The notes: generated by a model from the sequence alone, not told the origin. Counted from the stretch's first letter, positions 61,101 to 64,000 are shown. The stretch: 64,000 nucleotides of DNA from Candidatus Omnitrophota bacterium (GCA_028711115.1 JAQTSV010000001.1:1432928-1496927); one strand, 5' to 3'. Numbers and translations: made by a program.

Positions 61101-64000
61101 TGCCTTCTTTAGTTAAAGCAACATATCCTTTTTGCCCATGAATCGTTAGAGGGAATTCCCTTACACAAGAAACACCAAACCATTCGACTAAATCCTGGAT
61201 ATTTTCCTGCCATTGCTTAACAAAACCGAACTGCAATGCCGCAATAAGCGATTCCTCTTCTGTCCTGTAAAGGCCTTCAGACTCCAATCCTTCTGGCTGA
61301 AGAAAACTTATTTCGAAAGTTCCGTAAGCGTTATTAAATTTCACCCTGACATTTAAATTAAGCGCCCCCATACCGGTTTGCCTAGTCACTTTGGCAGGAA
61401 AAGCCGCAGCGTAATCTAGCAGATGCCATTTGCGGTATTGAGTATTAACTCCGTATAATTCAAGCGGCGAGCTGGAGGCGGAGCCAAGATGTTTTTTAAG
61501 CCAGTATTGCCTGACTTCGTCGGGATATTGGCTTAAAGCAAGTTTCATCGTCTCTATCAAATTCTTGTCATGAATAGATACGCTATATTCAATGAAAGTT
61601 ATAAAGTAATCTGCATCAATATAGCCGCCTTTCGGCTCTGCCTGGAACCTCCAGCTTTTATCAGCAAGTAATTCAGGCATTAATTCATCGAAATGAAGAT
61701 TTATAAAATCCATTACTCTTTTTTCGTGCTCTGCCACAAGCGCATCAAATAAACCTTCTCCCCTGCGGCTGCCTTTATCAAAATATTTCATTCTCTTAAA
61801 GTATCGATGCGGAATATTATCAAAACCTATTGCCACAACAATATCTTTTATTGCAACGGCCAAATGATCTTTTTGACATAAATTAGTTGCATTCTCCAAA
61901 CACCTAAATGCCGCATCTAAAGTGGACAACGGATTCTTCTCAGATTTATAGTAAGAAGCTATGTGGCGTAGCGCTTTGGATAACGCATCCTTCTGTTTTT
62001 CAGTGGTGGCCTCAATAAATAATTTGCCTATATTTCTAAAAAGTTTTGCGGCTTCCTGAGGTTCCAATGCCATGTCTAAAATTACCTCATATATGCACTG
62101 GCTCAATTTTTCTTTGGCTTCGGCGTCTTTCTCGCTTTCGTAACGCCTTAGCAAATCTTTTAACAGGCTGCCTTCTACTTCTACCGCATCGCGGAGAAGT
62201 ATTGACGCTGTTAACGACTCCTCCTCATCCTCGGCGGTTGCAATCGTCTTCAATAATTTAGGATAATCCTTAGCCGCCTCCGGAGGTGTCTTTATAGAGT
62301 GGAAATAATTTAATGCCGGCGGGACAACTTTTGCTTTCACCTTCTCAGGGAATCCTCTAACAGCCGCATCTACGGCATCTAAAAGATTTTCCCGCTGATA
62401 TTTTGTTTGGGCGACCTTAATCCCCCTCCTAAACAAAGTGAATACCTTCGGCGATAAACATTCAGAGGCATCTGCCATAAGGTTAAGGACTAAATAACTT
62501 AGTCGGTCTTTGCGAGACCTGTTTCTTTCCAGAAAATACATGATGCAGATTTCTCTGTAAAATTGCGGGCGTTTTTCCACAATTTTTCTTAAGCTCTCCA
62601 GACAAGAATCTTTTTCTGCTTCATTCTCCGATGTTAAATAATTCGTAAGCAATTCATATTCAAGGCCGCCTCTTACCTGCCTGGGGATTAATTTTATGGC
62701 ATAAACAACATTACTCGCGCCGCCAATTCCTGCCCTGACAAAATATTCATACAAACCAACTATGGTTTTACCATCTAAAACCTTCAGCCGCCGATTTATC
62801 TTTTTCCTGCTTAATCCCGTAACATTTCCTTTTTCGCTAATCCTTACTCTCGGTATCGAAGCGATAATTCCCGAGACAATCTCATACCCCCGAGGATTAT
62901 TTTCCAGTAATTCCTTCCATTCAATCTGCTTTATGCCAGATTTGTTTATCATTTCCGTCAATTCTTCCAAAGTCCTGACTGTCCTGAAAGAAACTCTCGG
63001 TTCAACTAAACCCAAATCCTCCAGCATAAATACGACAACCTTCTTACCTAAATTATCTTCTCTCTCGGTGTGATAAACGGCGTAATATTGATAAAGCCCG
63101 CTTGCCACTTCGCCATTTAAGAATTCTCTCGGTTTTCTAAAATGGGCTTCTTCTAATTTTGTCAGATCATCGCTTATGCCTTCTTCCTGGGCAATAAATT
63201 TCACAGCCTCTGCAACTATATTTTTCCCTTGGGGATTATCTCTTAACAATATCTTCCAGGGTATTTGTTTATACACGCCTCTTTTTAGTAAATCCGTTAA
63301 TTCGCTAAGCGTCGTAATATCCTTTGCGGATTTCTGTTGTTCAATCAATCCTGCATCTTCCAGCATTAATATAATTGCCGGCTTACCGCTATCAGCTGTT
63401 TGCCTGTTATAGAAATCAACCAAGCCGGTCAATTTGCGGTTTCCCAACCAAACTCTGTTCTCCCTGAAGTGATCGTCTGCTAACTTCATAAAATCATCGA
63501 AAGTCAATGGCTCATCCTGGACTTTGCCTGTAATTTCCCGCGTCAGCTTGATAATTATTTCTTTTACTATCTCGCTGGCTTGCGGGTTGTGCTCAAAAAG
63601 CAGCGCCCACCTGAGCGTCTTTCTTAAACGAAATAGATCTACAAATTCAGAATACGTTCTAACCTGACTTATCCGGCTGGAAAATGAGATTGGGCTGGAG
63701 GCACCAGCTAAATTATCAAAGTTGTTTTCCTCCTGGTGCCGACGTCCTAAGCGAAGCGAAGGGCTGGAGGAAGTTTTGCTGCGGGAAGAACGTGGTTTTT
63801 TCAAGTTGAGTATTATTCTGACTTCTGTTCCGTGTGCGTCATTATCAGTCTCTGATACATCCAAACTTCTCACACCTTCTTCGTCCTGAGTGAATACAGA
63901 GTGCTTTCCTTTATGATAAGTTTCATAGGTAATTTCTATGCCGAATTGTCTTGCCCGTTCTAGAACATATAGTTTGACTGTTCGTCCATGGCCGCCCAGA
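46183..64000 (-). CDS. Giant multi-module protein, more than 5,930 aa, N-terminus outside the window
   Basis: Uninterrupted frame from the TAA at 46183-46185 to base 64000. The track start at 63873 is just the first GTG. In-frame translation of 63874-64000 (LGGHGRTVKLYVLERARQFGIEITYETYHKGKHSVFTQDEEG) has no stop. Modules and junctions are listed separately below. Confidence 0.85.
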   Translation of the reverse strand, partial: LGGHGRTVKLYVLERARQFGIEITYETYHKGKHSVFTQDEEGVRSLDVSETDNDAHGTEVRIILNLKKPRSSRSKTSSSPSLRLGRRHQEENNFDNLAGASSPISFSSRISQVRTYSEFVDLFRLRKTLRWALLFEHNPQASEIVKEIIIKLTREITGKVQDEPLTFDDFMKLADDHFRENRVWLGNRKLTGLVDFYNRQTADSGKPAIILMLEDAGLIEQQKSAKDITTLSELTDLLKRGVYKQIPWKILLRDNPQGKNIVAEAVKFIAQEEGISDDLTKLEEAHFRKPREFLNGEVASGLYQYYAVYHTEREDNLGKKVVVFMLEDLGLVEPRVSFRTVRTLEELTEMINKSGIKQIEWKELLENNPRGYEIVSGIIASIPRVRISEKGNVTGLSRKKINRRLKVLDGKTIVGLYEYFVRAGIGGASNVVYAIKLIPRQVRGGLEYELLTNYLTSENEAEKDSCLESLRKIVEKRPQFYREICIMYFLERNRSRKDRLSYLVLNLMADASECLSPKVFTLFRRGIKVAQTKYQRENLLDAVDAAVRGFPEKVKAKVVPPALNYFHSIKTPPEAAKDYPKLLKTIATAEDEEESLTASILLRDAVEVEGSLLKDLLRRYESEKDAEAKEKLSQCIYEVILDMALEPQEAAKLFRNIGKLFIEATTEKQKDALSKALRHIASYYKSEKNPLSTLDAAFRCLENATNLCQKDHLAVAIKDIVVAIGFDNIPHRYFKRMKYFDKGSRRGEGLFDALVAEHEKRVMDFINLHFDELMPELLADKSWRFQAEPKGGYIDADYFITFIEYSVSIHDKNLIETMKLALSQYPDEVRQYWLKKHLGSASSSPLELYGVNTQYRKWHLLDYAAAFPAKVTRQTGMGALNLNVRVKFNNAYGTFEISFLQPEGLESEGLYRTEEESLIAALQFGFVKQWQENIQDLVEWFGVSCVREFPLTIHGQKGYVALTKEGKVFLSWYVVRPPAYLEKHYSNDFQNLREMIFSDEADHLIHPLQSTFVVHSRLLKRLQNDDARRKSITTLLNNEKFFRMKATVKLSRTSFMEIEHRGTSSTRNAVRKTIGAIYDRISKVHKKRTILVVVDGDAATGKSTFLDNWETHFDLPFTYIIVRLNDFFRQEFKSPSIVIGAAEWSERPAEWIDEWDHEAAAQEIINLADSRKYDVVVLEGFEALKTEPWVGSFSHRKYLGFDIKINIRARDELRREIYEKAEERALDDVIEYRMAAHKQRYGYTPQYDLVIHRERVEKKHLFAFVLGEGNSAFGDIAVSSPVENSASSPVTRKSVIDSLKNNTNVGYLHFMGFDVGQIRIQLIQCLESQSTSVPFSIFVTAGKEGSYFAIGKVNHKDLGIEGYKMSIRGHIHYISRRDSIEIELYDPAYIGCYFYKKGVISALSEKLSFSDLDGNLQSTYFRLLRRDIILIIRLFTVQLGLDPNITLTFDTASAAHLIRALAVEPSSRSRIHRNGRSSLQPVSPTCSLLTSLGEIANLKLPEEVDSGASSPIQEKSVASIKEFLCDENAKRIWEIVRRNVAKIPPKFTHRNEEAVAQGQICFDFACILGCALCSLFCYEFNPQPRNVMDVLNREGKYYPQTTFEVEYGFTEEAGVPFAHVWIVFYYENRPILLIDPTRVQHDKAYADRILVDEYNPGKYGYIRARDLLQKRFGVTHLSEELFLSVEQSKINQFILEQILGASAFILTPGSIAPYWQSAIVDIIHQKQTFRPFINDATSSPLAADSRTKVVRFKPAFVEKNIVLASKIDSDSLLNLGKMVKVIEGYTEVDITIYLNGNLLNLKSENKTEEALSLIRGEQSINLRITVTVPYGLDISNRVLYLLERLLTEDSEYLGKNSHSFDTSLMLIEEELDGTSQEMDELYGSVHDNPFLTDVLEDYYRELIRLSKESSTYYYKALIQIRNSMDAQFPPRPSLFVTARQLYKRFLPLIYVGAAGLFLVLSWQWLHKIKWSKIAFRDPMAPKTILILLVSAILYIIFANIKDRHTHYGDSAKKPSRSHEKTKDKSSSPINWPTDKLVGGGLNLRYLRRVCEVVNGKAAQDNRREKTALLIGSAADISTAYFATNASRYIFVEKLPFHADLHTVSQRYQQKLLEHYGMVAMMMMIKGEMVDIFNSPSRIDEDGIVTLYLMEKCLVGFVSSDLLEICKGIWPFLREELKIIARGNIDLATREGNPQAFELNFMVEGRERSLIFVEKTDGLEINAYAKYLEMSQGVDFIIIKAGDVYIEDGKFLLPARVIEQFLRPGGFVIVDSDRAIKRASSVRDLLVSVEDRTLLELERQGALFGYNGPFYNEPKEGAYILQKKGFSSSPVEGSAHYTETLIIKDSSCNEMSVQMQSFVNSFEANLMENGFSESEAADVALCVSEAVNNAIYHREGGDIKIIYGIKGREFFFSVENNGEFNVAGLNDPTLDENLFKTHGRGVLIIKNLINQIGGESQFVCENGRTKVVIAYPAGSASSSPLVSLGVSSSLRASGERSRTASSPISNNLKWRVKIIVILSFVLGPVIFLLPIWAVMESAWRLYLLLLATSPLLSDICTVFFLSAIGDFIAQKITHNGNPAKNIKFNFRRMFNFVTIMVLTDGIVLHYWLAFLNILGTSILSNVFKIILQSVMFAPFAYLVYYPGMVFLSKSSLNELFSKDAARQAKESLKVNFMPTCKKDILFWGLTVDPFAFIVLPFIVGYFNLSPSLINNFRLAILNMTDILWNTYISLRAHRKEITPTINKTASSPVAGSEINIFDLEEMKQLFAGFNKRDLRLILRNTAAIEPTLGCSVRCWFCAARPGKLRARFTKEALFYLFGNYARYLVLSGLYFDNEPFDHPDYEEIFNRYQIDNMDFVSMITCTSYPQGQENRIMEFIKKGNLVRISVTETNIPRLIRDGIVKMSGNGVLEKGNDFRRYSNLTIVSRLENKGRNGSDDKLRRVGGASRRGDLAAESIDTSLAVVLNCNGFTNIVPVKPCQADHFANSLKVLISPDKINQPINTGMTLREIFERSIVLKAQYDSSKDKIMVFNNGNVFLIYIGKDVSANSKVAGMRRVPFAFMFLRLKYLAWDLLYWEQKTLKLLFPDSSSSGKNSQISASSPVEECEENIFLSQSMPVGHKRALLRLGDAIVIQITEGCFNPCAHCCVPSRMCRFINQMRVNTIEELLLQINSVGWRQSTVNPVQFYLGSDPFNHPKLLEIIFLCYKVLGQYHFVLNTHGISEYESQVLIREFYGRGVSYLRQLKLDGIKISVIVSIHPFYPDVIEVVEEVCGGEGYSEKFDAQIIETLRQKGIIKKYIEHYRKIFKVLLELTSIISVEIILSFIYDDKAFPFSKKIVDILRAELEGAYPELKSKTKVGISSLIYSGRAVNIFRTLKVEPPVSADKQTEINRPEQKIVFKPNGSIELVIDSNIPTHSDIRRIYAKLNPEEFKRFITAIVRLLKNEFSQRDIQDCFKEAQTKYFSLNGVFYVPLFVEESVIEQIKGMELQGDEVLSTETCREIAAKISHLPVALALLDELGMEVQIHKGITYQFFKTRFRISKNGTASSPVEINWEPYRLAISYLPRLIRNRLSRGIVRLTPVETTLADTGSLKGVKLYEAPLSEYFYSNLRSAIKKVDKKLFNEWKQLIARFANEERQFSEKFQGNIILVKEKRKTIAYCIFRIIFSEGVGELLFIAVKNDNRNQGIGRCLYTYLINKLRNNGIEKLELTIACDNESSLRLIERLRKEGLLSFEREEFPYSTPHYWNYHIQLRDETQDLAPTENRKTEYASSPVGKKGKDNDLSVYGGRIEQIPPQKKLSAVVGRNNSWDVNLSNYADLFMAIESRMNDVVQREQLKALVRERLTMLAGSVGMIDSAFEQWQQRDSIWKSEKLRKGFIPVYFARLFFSLAEQAPGTEFSIIENTLRQNKINFRVLSEEDKKQWGNSVEWPQDRMVISPDEKWVIWNVSRFDDAISAGEQGAVISGIAKTPFMVFADSVDEEAVDILRNSFTDLSFYQLPSGYVTLRLPGGREIFLQNRHLNTVMEIIPGGCVTTGRPLIIIDPIYYQEVKKHPEFERLLTEQGLWQDLVIIPEEEAYLNVACLSKIPDGSDFIIVINNAHRTKTLLLERGVKSDRLVELLSPIEILPAGGGGLGCVIGFEIVDREVASSPVEEFDAERYMDIHWKQNGVWKWPVPSQKHLDKAKEILEHFDKPDVSAHDILMYIVWDPYCSACDLLTACYFVNHRITFRIMNEARGWHGGLQTALFNISPDLTANMFNVCVTENNLLTESESNEHACHTVAAAILWYMVWANGMGEYLSDDSLRLAIGSEYFEGFMGSLERNKLSLELRKIGGERLGIIFADNERVLGLLGEKIPELFEESASSPVLGLTNLSISDPSLAGLNTESVNGEDAEFEGFNADNLWLINVTIFGENYQIYNYPGIYSTKTQPYISEIRKYECMRMVLAMGKANFVKPGDKVLVIGCGNGLDTIAARLKGARVDAIDIDEKCIWLTRYNLKRLGLVDNTRVFLHDGIEGLDMDYNVIMWHCPEPTSEQVYNPRYNIHTSKMQPILNDLYNHLKPSGFAVFSKDFYNGCWDPLLRKAGLESDMLDCRCLPVHPGCTISSEVFFGVVKLTPEGIYLPSASSPVGNRNSYEERINYFRNNPVELIRYLMEIKEAKAVATLPDDYKLELGRIVVSKVDMCQGLNTSEEELGEALSRLKYDEGGKVRVWAYLELLDEQGLATGLFKQRRAVHVDGDWHRTVHVFVINPKGEILLQKRGGKEHVGSSPDKWDISIAGHVPLVIDEMSTILSEAEDEVAIMRKDMMLEPTRINIDSRKIGRPDISPDAEGYGTDGAYYYQSQLNNRENSNLYLIVVSLAADEINRRIRERGILAVAQVNYITVAELKESLNRDLNKGYEEIEFTSTLKQYFTNPRLLSQIESAIEDIARRISISGATASSPLQAVTAPREEYIFFVNDENISSQSELLEMFSGFKFRSRQAEQYFRQLIIRKIKEVYGEEIERDPVRWVIITGSPNRDTLTAAGELAKQIAQDLGILYISSYAQKPSYAVYSGIPSQEKRREKIEQQKQYFPPGVDLSDLNIILFDDLFNTGTTVRYMNDLITSQFNPRSVHILIIIKLETKTPEREAFITSFLIRNRRLTDLVLIFRDNMAKEGMKRNERALKVLFSLVRNKLFREFFNYFNSEELREIFDFVNKKHYFKNNIFRQKRQILEELITEKSSVSGDENPAAPASSPVDNIDKLLKQSLKNLDGEALIKWHGKVMSLSKAINDDPMAAIQKLTKRLIEARDQDEIDRETFDSYFYFHSGYEIIVPHYPSLFSEISEEYQRVTDVVLPVARQIEHLLLQKQKKGHLLFVGITGEAGAGKTTMAEELRRLFMKDKRLHVLIMRIDAYLKSRAERRAKNLRGLDKLNLDLLEEHIRNLQEHQTFRPAIYIPSSGEIGQGELIDPNQLDIVIIEGQYAYALEQLKDLLDIKIYMDESFDICFERQIQRDMRERGYTLQEAIWKNIELQHTEAPIVRSQIKQADIIVESSKSQVLVRRDFFDVSERIKPSASSPVLSDKPTAQELLDTFRQEIPGFKEMEGDRLTARMVENWIETAINYGPEGLIVIAPDFMQVFDLRLLSDEIYTAIMMGVYMAAQLQTAAVFRKDVIYNAIHQIQEMLPFSFTWVPQMETPQEIIDELEISADDRILTVGTVAIPFLFLEKAGFVQAIDINPDQVKYTQDVVGSILDNKAEEFLGIFQRIVDDFIIDPVARRYIREDIAYSYGFLLAEERRRQIAKKIRDGRLQIEQEDIILGNTSRKKYDLVYLSTIPLLWTEADQMHFDAVVNFIADHLNRGATVVHTIFNIAPTMTIQNLENALRPFVGKTRIVESKTATQISYVFLTKNISASSPLANRLRKPGFNFSNRLGIIGLERNGLGFDGFIMAPARPINEELLGYPR
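46327..46341 (-). repeat. Junction J21 (A-S-S-P-L), last junction before a 47-aa C-terminal tail
   Basis: Plus strand CAATGGCGAGGAGGC. Exact 11-mer. Confidence 0.9.
46342..47337 (-). other. Giant-ORF module M18: Rossmann/SAM-binding-like domain (DUF3419/BtaA-like?)
   Basis: DRILTVGTVAIPF...VQAIDINPDQVKY resembles the SAM-binding start of BtaA-like proteins. Weak. Confidence 0.3.
47338..47352 (-). repeat. Junction J20 (A-S-S-P-V)
   Basis: Plus strand AACTGGCGAGGAGGC. Exact 11-mer. Confidence 0.9.
47353..48303 (-). other. Giant-ORF module M17: uridine kinase/phosphoribulokinase-family P-loop kinase
   Basis: LLFVGITGEAGAGKTT (about 47910-47950), IVIIEGQYA, and RQIQRDMRERGYTLQEAI (Udk-like RD..eRG segment). 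Confidence 0.65.
48304..48318 (-). repeat. Junction J19 (A-S-S-P-V)
   Basis: Plus strand CACCGGCGAGGAGGC followed by GG. Exact 17-mer copy. Confidence 0.95.
48319..49185 (-). other. Giant-ORF module M16: type I phosphoribosyltransferase domain
   Basis: PRPP-binding motif NIILFDDLFNTGTTV at about 48728-48772. Confidence 0.6.
49186..49200 (-). repeat. Junction J18 (A-S-S-P-L)
   Basis: Plus strand GAGCGGCGAGGAGGC. Exact 11-mer. Confidence 0.9.
49201..50127 (-). other. Giant-ORF module M15: Nudix-fold domain with partly degenerate Nudix box
   Basis: HRTVHVFVINPKGEILLQKR...PDKWDISIAGHV fits the Nudix/IDI-like fold. The box GHVPLVIDEMSTILSEAEDEVAI keeps only some of the consensus acidic residues. 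Confidence 0.5.
50128..50142 (-). repeat. Junction J17 (A-S-S-P-V)
   Basis: Plus strand CACCGGCGAGGAGGC followed by GG. Exact 17-mer copy. Confidence 0.95.
50143..50910 (-). other. Giant-ORF module M14: class I SAM-dependent methyltransferase
   Basis: Motif I KVLVIGCGNGLD (about 50605-50640) and motif II VDAIDID. HCPEP occupies the position of the N/D-PP-Y/F motif. Confidence 0.65.
50911..50925 (-). repeat. Junction J16 (A-S-S-P-V)
   Basis: Plus strand CACCGGCGAGGAGGC followed by GG. Exact 17-mer copy. Confidence 0.95.
50926..51555 (-). other. Giant-ORF module M13: unknown (Cys/His-rich)
   Basis: About 210 aa. Contains DPYCSACDLLTACYF and NEHACHTVAAAILWY. No family recognised. Confidence 0.3.
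51556..51570 (-). repeat. Junction J15 (A-S-S-P-V)
   Basis: Plus strand CACCGGCGAGGAGGC. Exact 15-mer copy. Confidence 0.95.
51571..52686 (-). other. Giant-ORF module M12: guanidino-group-modifying-enzyme-like (arginine deiminase/amidinotransferase/DDAH fold)
   Basis: NRHLNTVM resembles the HLDTV motif. The C-terminal EEEAYLNVACL...IVINNAHRTKTLLLERGV...PAGGGGLGCVIGF resembles the GGG-x-x-C catalytic-Cys end of the superfamily. Confidence 0.4.
52687..52701 (-). repeat. Junction J14 (A-S-S-P-V)
   Basis: Plus strand CACCGGCGAGGAGGC. Exact 15-mer copy. Confidence 0.95.
52702..53358 (-). other. Giant-ORF module M11: GNAT N-acetyltransferase domain
   Basis: Acetyl-CoA motif A, FIAVKNDNRNQGIGRCLYTYLINKL, at about 52930-52990. 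Confidence 0.65.
53359..53373 (-). repeat. Junction J13 (A-S-S-P-V)
   Basis: Plus strand CACCGGCGAGGAGGC followed by GG. Exact 17-mer copy. Confidence 0.95.
53374..54699 (-). other. Giant-ORF module M10: radical SAM domain 2
   Basis: CX3CX2C motif in IQITEGCFNPCAHCCVP, encoded at about 54561-54600. Confidence 0.6.
54700..54714 (-). repeat. Junction J12 (A-S-S-P-V)
   Basis: Plus strand CACCGGCGAGGAGGC followed by GG. Exact 17-mer copy. Confidence 0.95.
54715..55755 (-). other. Giant-ORF module M9: radical SAM domain 1
   Basis: CX3CX2C motif in AIEPTLGCSVRCWFCAA, encoded at about 55611-55640. Confidence 0.6.
55756..55770 (-). repeat. Junction J11 (A-S-S-P-V)
   Basis: Plus strand AACTGGCGAGGAGGC. 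Exact 11-mer. Confidence 0.9.
55771..56490 (-). other. Giant-ORF module M8: Mpv17/PMP22-family integral membrane domain
   Basis: LSAIGDFIAQKI resembles MPV17 GLGDIISQQL. QSVMFAPFAY resembles DQGGFAPCF. The C-terminal ILWNTYISLRAHRK resembles MPV17 VIWNSYLSWKAHR. Multiple TM helices. Confidence 0.65.
56491..56505 (-). repeat. Junction J10 (A-S-S-P-I)
   Basis: Plus strand TATCGGCGAAGAGGC. Confidence 0.85.
56560..56577 (-). repeat. Junction J9 (A-S-S-S-P-L)
   Basis: Plus strand GAGGGGCGAGGAGCTGGC. Followed after 18 codons by J10. Confidence 0.8.
56578..57009 (-). other. Giant-ORF module M7: RsbW/SpoIIAB-like HATPase (anti-sigma serine kinase-type) domain
   Basis: N-box VSEAVNNAIYH. A G1-like FSVENNGEF and a G2-like KTHGRGVLIIKNL are followed by GRTKVVIAY. 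Confidence 0.6.
57010..57024 (-). repeat. Junction J8 (S-S-S-P-V)
   Basis: Plus strand CACCGGCGAGGAGGA. Confidence 0.85.
57025..57912 (-). other. Giant-ORF module M6: possible degenerate class I SAM-methyltransferase fold
   Basis: TALLIGSAADIS (motif-I-like) and FLRPGGFVIVD (post-III-like). Weak. Confidence 0.3.
57913..57927 (-). repeat. Junction J7 (S-S-S-P-I)
   Basis: Plus strand TATCGGCGAGGAAGA. Confidence 0.8.
57928..58776 (-). other. Giant-ORF module M5: unknown soluble region + two-TM hairpin
   Basis: Hydrophobic helices FLPLIYVGAAGLFLVLSWQWL and TILILLVSAILYIIFANI lie near the C-terminal end of the module (about 57990-58170). Confidence 0.5.
58777..58794 (-). repeat. Junction J6 (A-T-S-S-P-L)
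   Basis: Plus strand GAGCGGCGAAGAGGTGGC. Confidence 0.75.
58795..59463 (-). other. Giant-ORF module M4: transglutaminase-like / papain-fold cysteine protease-like domain
   Basis: Cys-His-Asp arrangement. GQICFDFACILGCAL (about 59290-59335) is followed by PFAHVWIVFYYENRPILLIDPT (about 59085-59150). This matches the C..F ... HAW.E ... DPT transglutaminase-core pattern. Confidence 0.5.
59464..59478 (-). repeat. Junction J5 (A-S-S-P-I)
   Basis: Plus strand TATCGGCGAGGAGGC. Contains the exact 11-mer GGCGAGGAGGC. Confidence 0.9.
59479..60129 (-). other. Giant-ORF module M3: unknown
   Basis: About 215 aa between junctions, no motif recognised. Confidence 0.3.
60130..60144 (-). repeat. Junction J4b (A-S-S-P-V)
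   Basis: Plus strand CACCGGCGAGGAAGC. Confidence 0.85.
60154..60168 (-). repeat. Junction J4a (V-S-S-P-V)
   Basis: Plus strand CACCGGCGAAGAGAC. Separated from J4b by only 3 codons. Confidence 0.75.
60169..61461 (-). other. Giant-ORF module M2: unknown N-half + P-loop NTPase (uridine kinase/PRK-like)
   Basis: Walker A ILVVVDGDAATGKSTF (about 60690-60735) and Walker-B-like YDVVVLEGFEAL. Confidence 0.45.
61462..61479 (-). repeat. Junction J3 (A-S-S-S-P-L)
   Basis: Plus strand AAGCGGCGAGCTGGAGGC, with one extra Ser codon. Confidence 0.8.
61480..63687 (-). other. Giant-ORF module M1: three tandem ~112-aa repeats, then a ~400-aa alpha-helical (HEAT/ARM-like) region
   Basis: Repeats at aa 71-182, 183-295 and 296-407 share W..LL..NP.G..IV ... 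G.....GL..YY ... V.MLED.GL.E. No catalytic motif seen. Confidence 0.5.
63688..63702 (-). repeat. Junction J2 (A-S-S-P-I)
   Basis: Plus strand GATTGGGCTGGAGGC. Peptide motif kept, codons diverged (AGC, CCA). Confidence 0.75.
63757..63774 (-). repeat. Junction J1 (T-S-S-S-P-S)
   Basis: Plus strand CGAAGGGCTGGAGGAAGT. Peptide motif kept, codons diverged. Confidence 0.7.
63775..64000 (-). other. Giant-ORF module M0 (partial): possible C-terminal part of an HATPase-like domain
   Basis: ...FTQDEEGVRSLDVSETDNDAHGTEVRIILNL resembles the G2-box end of module M7. It is followed by the same double junction with an 18-codon spacer as M7. Confidence 0.3.

Noticed and set aside
46327-63774. The recurring 15-17-nt repeat looked at first like a CRISPR-type or other intergenic repeat array.
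   Set aside because: Spacing is 0.65-2.2 kb and irregular. Every copy is in the same codon phase of one uninterrupted ORF and translates to the same peptide. No cas genes or leader are present.
63871-63873. The track's start codon for the giant ORF (GTG at 63873).
   Set aside because: The same frame stays open to base 64000 with no stop, so this is an artefact of edge truncation and not a supported start.
1-64000. Search for tRNA, rRNA, CRISPR, transposase/integrase genes or prophage hallmarks.
   Set aside because: None were recognised by eye in any intergenic gap or ORF. A tRNAscan, Infernal or ISfinder run would be needed to be certain.
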